Below, piece after piece: positions 60,660 through 64,000 of a stretch of 64,000 nt of DNA (the first letter of the stretch is position 1; each line of letters opens with the position of its first letter). The position numbers were made by a program, and so were the translations under genes. The DNA lies in the NCBI RefSeq assembly GCF_036321535.1, contig NC_087436.1, forward strand, positions 120,902,001 to 120,966,000, in the 5' to 3' direction. The DNA comes from Camelus dromedarius (taxonomy: Eukaryota). Below the pieces are notes generated by a model, which ran no database searches, was not told the DNA's origin, and saw only the letters and a list, made by a program, of their open reading frames with translations.

Positions 60660-62560
60660 GTCATCAGAGGAGCGCCACACCCCACCCGCAACCTGGCAGG
60701 GGACGGATCTCATCTGCTCCTTGCTTGCTTGCCCCGAGCGTCTTCCTATAAAGACAGGCAGTCGTGTGTGCAGTTTCCTGTTCCCCTTCTTTGTTGAGCA
60801 CAAGGGAGCACGCTTTTGGGCTGCTTCGCACTCAGATTTTTTTGCTTCGTAATCCCCCCTGGAAATCACCCCACGGCGCTTCTGGGACACCGCCCTCCTC
60901 CAGGCCACAGCGCCCTCCTTGGGTTCCTGTAACCTCCACCGTTTTGTAATTACAAACATGGCTGTGATGAACACCTGTGCGCCTCTGTATGTTGTGTTGT
61001 TGGGGACATAGCTTCGGGGTGAGTGCCCAGAAGTGGGGCTGCCGGGTCGGAGGACAAACCGCACGTGGATTTGTCAGACGCGGTCCACCCATCAGGGGGC
61101 ACCCGCCTGCGTCCGGCTGGCAGTGTCCGAGCCTGCCTGCCTCCCCACAGCTCACCAGCAGGGCGTGGTGTCAAACTTGCGAGCTTCCGCCCGCCTAACG
61201 GGGGAGCAGTGCTACCTCAGCCTGGCTTCCGTTTGCGTCTCTCTTCATGAGAGGGCCATTTTCACATCGCCTAGGGGGGCTATCTTTCTTCCAGTTTGCC
61301 CCTTTGTCTCTATGATTTTTGTGCTTTTGTTTCTCAACTTTTAAAAGTTTTTTATACACCAGAGACATTCATCTTTTACCTATGAATTAAGTTCCAAATA
61401 TTTTCTCCTTTTTTTTTTAATTGACGTTAGTCAGTTTAAAATGTTGTGTCACCTTCTGGTGTACAATGTGATGTTTCAATCGTACCTGTACACACGTACA
61501 TTTGTTCTCACATTCTGTTTCGTTATAGGTCACTGCAGCTACTGAACAGAGTTCCCTGTGCTGTACAGAGAACCCTGCTGTTCATCTGTTTTATATACAG
61601 TAGTTAGTGTCTGCAAATCTCTATCTCCCAATTTATCCCTCCCCACCCACAGCGCCCCCAGGAACCTTAAGTTTGTTTTCTAAGTCTGTGAGTCTGTTTC
61701 TGTTTTGTAAATAAGTTCATTTGTGTCTTTTTTTTTTTTTTTTTTTTTTGAAGATCCCATGGGCAAACGGTCTCCTAGGGTAGCTTCCTTCTCTTTGGAC
61801 TGAGCTCACTTAACGCCACTCTCCAGGTCCCGCCACACTGTGCAAGTGTCTCCTAGCTTGTCTTTTATTTTGCTTATTTTTTTCATGCAAAATTTTTTTT
61901 TTTTTGGCAGACAAATCTATCGCTATTTTCTTTGTTGGAGCTGGGTTTCAGCCACAGCTAGGCAGCCTCTCTACACTCTGCTTGCAGAAGGCTTCGCCCG
62001 CGTTTGCTCCTGGTATTTGTATATTCAAGCCGCGTACACTTTGATCTCTGCTCCTGAGTTCTTCTTGCTCCTGGTGTGAGGAATGGATGTCATTTTATCT
62101 TCTGCCAAACGATTGTCTACTTGTCCCAGCACCGCTTTGCCTGGCGGATCGTGATCGCTGTGGGGAACTGAAACACATCCTTCATCACACGCCGGACTCC
62201 CCTGCGGCGGGTCGGCCCCCTCCCCGGCCCCGTGGCCCCGGGGCGCGTGGGTCTGTGCCTGGGCCATCACGGCACCGTCTTCAGGAGGCGTCTGTGCGGC
62301 CCCGCCGCCCTGGCTCCTCGCTGCGCGCTTAGCTGTCCTTGCCTGTTTATTTTTCTACAGGAACTTTCTATCAAGCCTTAGCTTCGTGGAAAAAAAGCTC
62401 GTTGGAATTTTTATTAGGATCACATCAAATTTATGCCCCAAACCAGGGAGAACTGACATCTTGATGATGTTGGAACGCCCTGACTTTCTATTTTGGGTCT
62501 TTTTTGTGTCTTGCAGGAGGGTTTTATGGCTTCTTTCACACAGACTGTGCCCAGTTCTCG
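60660..62560 (-). mobile_element. Old L1M fragment interrupted by a younger L1 3' end
   Basis: TTACAAACATGGCTGTGATGAACA...GTGCCCAGAAGTGGGGCTGCCGGGTC, TTGTCCCAGCACCGCTTTG and GGGAGAACTGACATCTTGATGATGTTG are L1 antisense hallmarks. Confidence 0.7.
61409..61846 (-). mobile_element. Younger cetartiodactyl-type L1 3' UTR, 5'-truncated
   Basis: Poly-T tail at ~61409, then AGTTCCCTGTGCTGTACAG...TAAGTTTGTTTTCTAAGTCTGTGAGTCTGTTTCTGTTTTGTAAATAAGTTCATTTGTGTC. Confidence 0.8.
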
Positions 62561-64000
62561 GTCAGCAGCCTGCTGAGGGCTGGGCAGCAGGGCTCCGTTC
62601 TCCGCCCAGCCCTCCCCATCTCCCTCCCATCCCTGCCCTCTGACCTGTGTGTCCACTTTGAGGGGCCTCTTGCCTCCAGCTTCTCTTTGTGTTTGGCTGA
62701 TAGGAAGGCCCTCGGAGAGCACAGGATGAGGTGAGACATTGGGCTTTATCGCCTGGCTTGCTGCCTGCCAGCCCCGGTGCCTCACTGTCCATGGTTCATT
62801 TTCTTTGACTCCCTGAAGACACCTGCAGTTTCACCCTCTTCATCACCTGCTGGTGTGGGCTTCCCCCCCCCCCCCGCCTGCCTGCCCCAACCCCCAGGGT
62901 GACTGGCCCTAATAGAGCTCATCAGGATCTCCCCACGGGCATCTCTCCAGAGCCACAGGGCTGCTGAGCTGCGGGTGACGTGGTGACCGCCACATGTGCC
63001 CTTAGTGGACAGCAGCCTGCACTGGGGCAGAGAGGCTGGCCCAGCTGCACCCGGGCTCCAGCTGTACCTGGGTCTGTCCTGTCCCCGGATCCTCAGTGAC
63101 CCGAGCTCATGACATCTCAGGCTGTGTTTGGTCTCAGCATCCGTAGCTGAGAGGTTGCGGTGGACTCAGACTCAGGGACACCCCTTCTTGGGGGGACCAC
63201 ACGTCCTCCCCATCTTTGACAAGAGCCCCTCGTGCCCGGGCTGTGACCATCCAGTCTTCAGGCACCTGCCTGCATAGGACAGATAAATGATGGCGTGGTC
63301 ACCCGTGGCCACCCGTGGCCATTTGAGGGTCTGCACCGTGGGAACTGGAGTGGCCTCCCACAGCCGACCTCCAGTGTGGCTGTGGGCGAGGATGGAGGAC
63401 ACCTGGCTCGCGGGGCACTTGCTCCGCGGCCAGTGCCTCACACACTTCATCTTAGCTGATTCCTGAAGCCCCTCAGGATGCCCACGGCCCCCTCTCCGCC
63501 TTACTTCACAGGTTGGACAGGTGAGGAACTCGCCTTGCAGGCAGGGCCGGATTTGAGCCCAGATGGTTCTCTCCGCTGGCGTCTCTACCTGTGGGTTTGT
63601 CTCCGACATCCGCCTGTGAGGCTGAGAAGGGGGCTGGTTTTCATCTGGATATGGGGTGATGAAACTTGCGAGGTGTCCTGAAGACACCAAGTGCTGGTTA
63701 GAGCAGGTCGCTGTGCTCCGATCGAGGGCTGGAGAACTGGCCCACCACCTCCCTCCCAGCCTGTCCCGGTGACAGTCCTCGGCCCCAGGCTCCTGGTTTT
63801 CATTACTTGGCAAGGTGGCTCCAGAGGCACACGAAATGCTTGAACTGCTGAATTTCCTCCCCAGAGTCACACTTCTGGAGCTTTTAGAAAGAACAAGCAT
63901 CTTACTTTTAAAACTGTGATTGTCTTTATTTTCTTTAATCTACACCCTGCCACCAGTGTTTAACATCATTGCTGCCCAGAGACCCTACCAAGGGACCATC

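Noticed and set aside
1..64000. CRISPR arrays, operons, intact retroelements or a novel multi-gene system
   Set aside because: This is mammalian intergenic DNA. I saw no regularly spaced repeat-spacer array, no intact RT/integrase/transposase ORF and no second credible gene. Small spliced or non-coding exons cannot be excluded without transcript data.

Overview
Mammalian genomic DNA from a GC-rich isochore. It contains one credible protein-coding gene: the intronless alpha-2C adrenergic receptor ADRA2C (minus strand, ATG 40668 to TGA 39289, 459 aa). The gene sits in a ~2.7 kb CpG island with a GC-box/CCAAT promoter region, an interrupted (GGC)n repeat upstream of the CDS and an AATAAA signal at 38750-38755. 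The rest is intergenic: old eutherian repeats (MaLR/MLT1 LTRs, L1M, L2, CR1/L3, MIR, MER20, MER53, MER103-like), simple repeats, and five tRNA-Ala-derived SINEs of the vic-1 type, which point to a camelid genome. Almost all other ORFs in the track are artefacts of high GC content. I found no convincing novel multi-gene system. The best leads are the ADRA2C 5' leader (two AUG uORFs, a poly-Gly frame across the GGC repeat, an in-frame upstream ORF separated by one TAG), strongly AT-to-GC shifted fossil repeats, and AT-rich non-repeat islands that look like enhancers. Repeat family names and boundaries come from recalled consensus sequences and are approximate.
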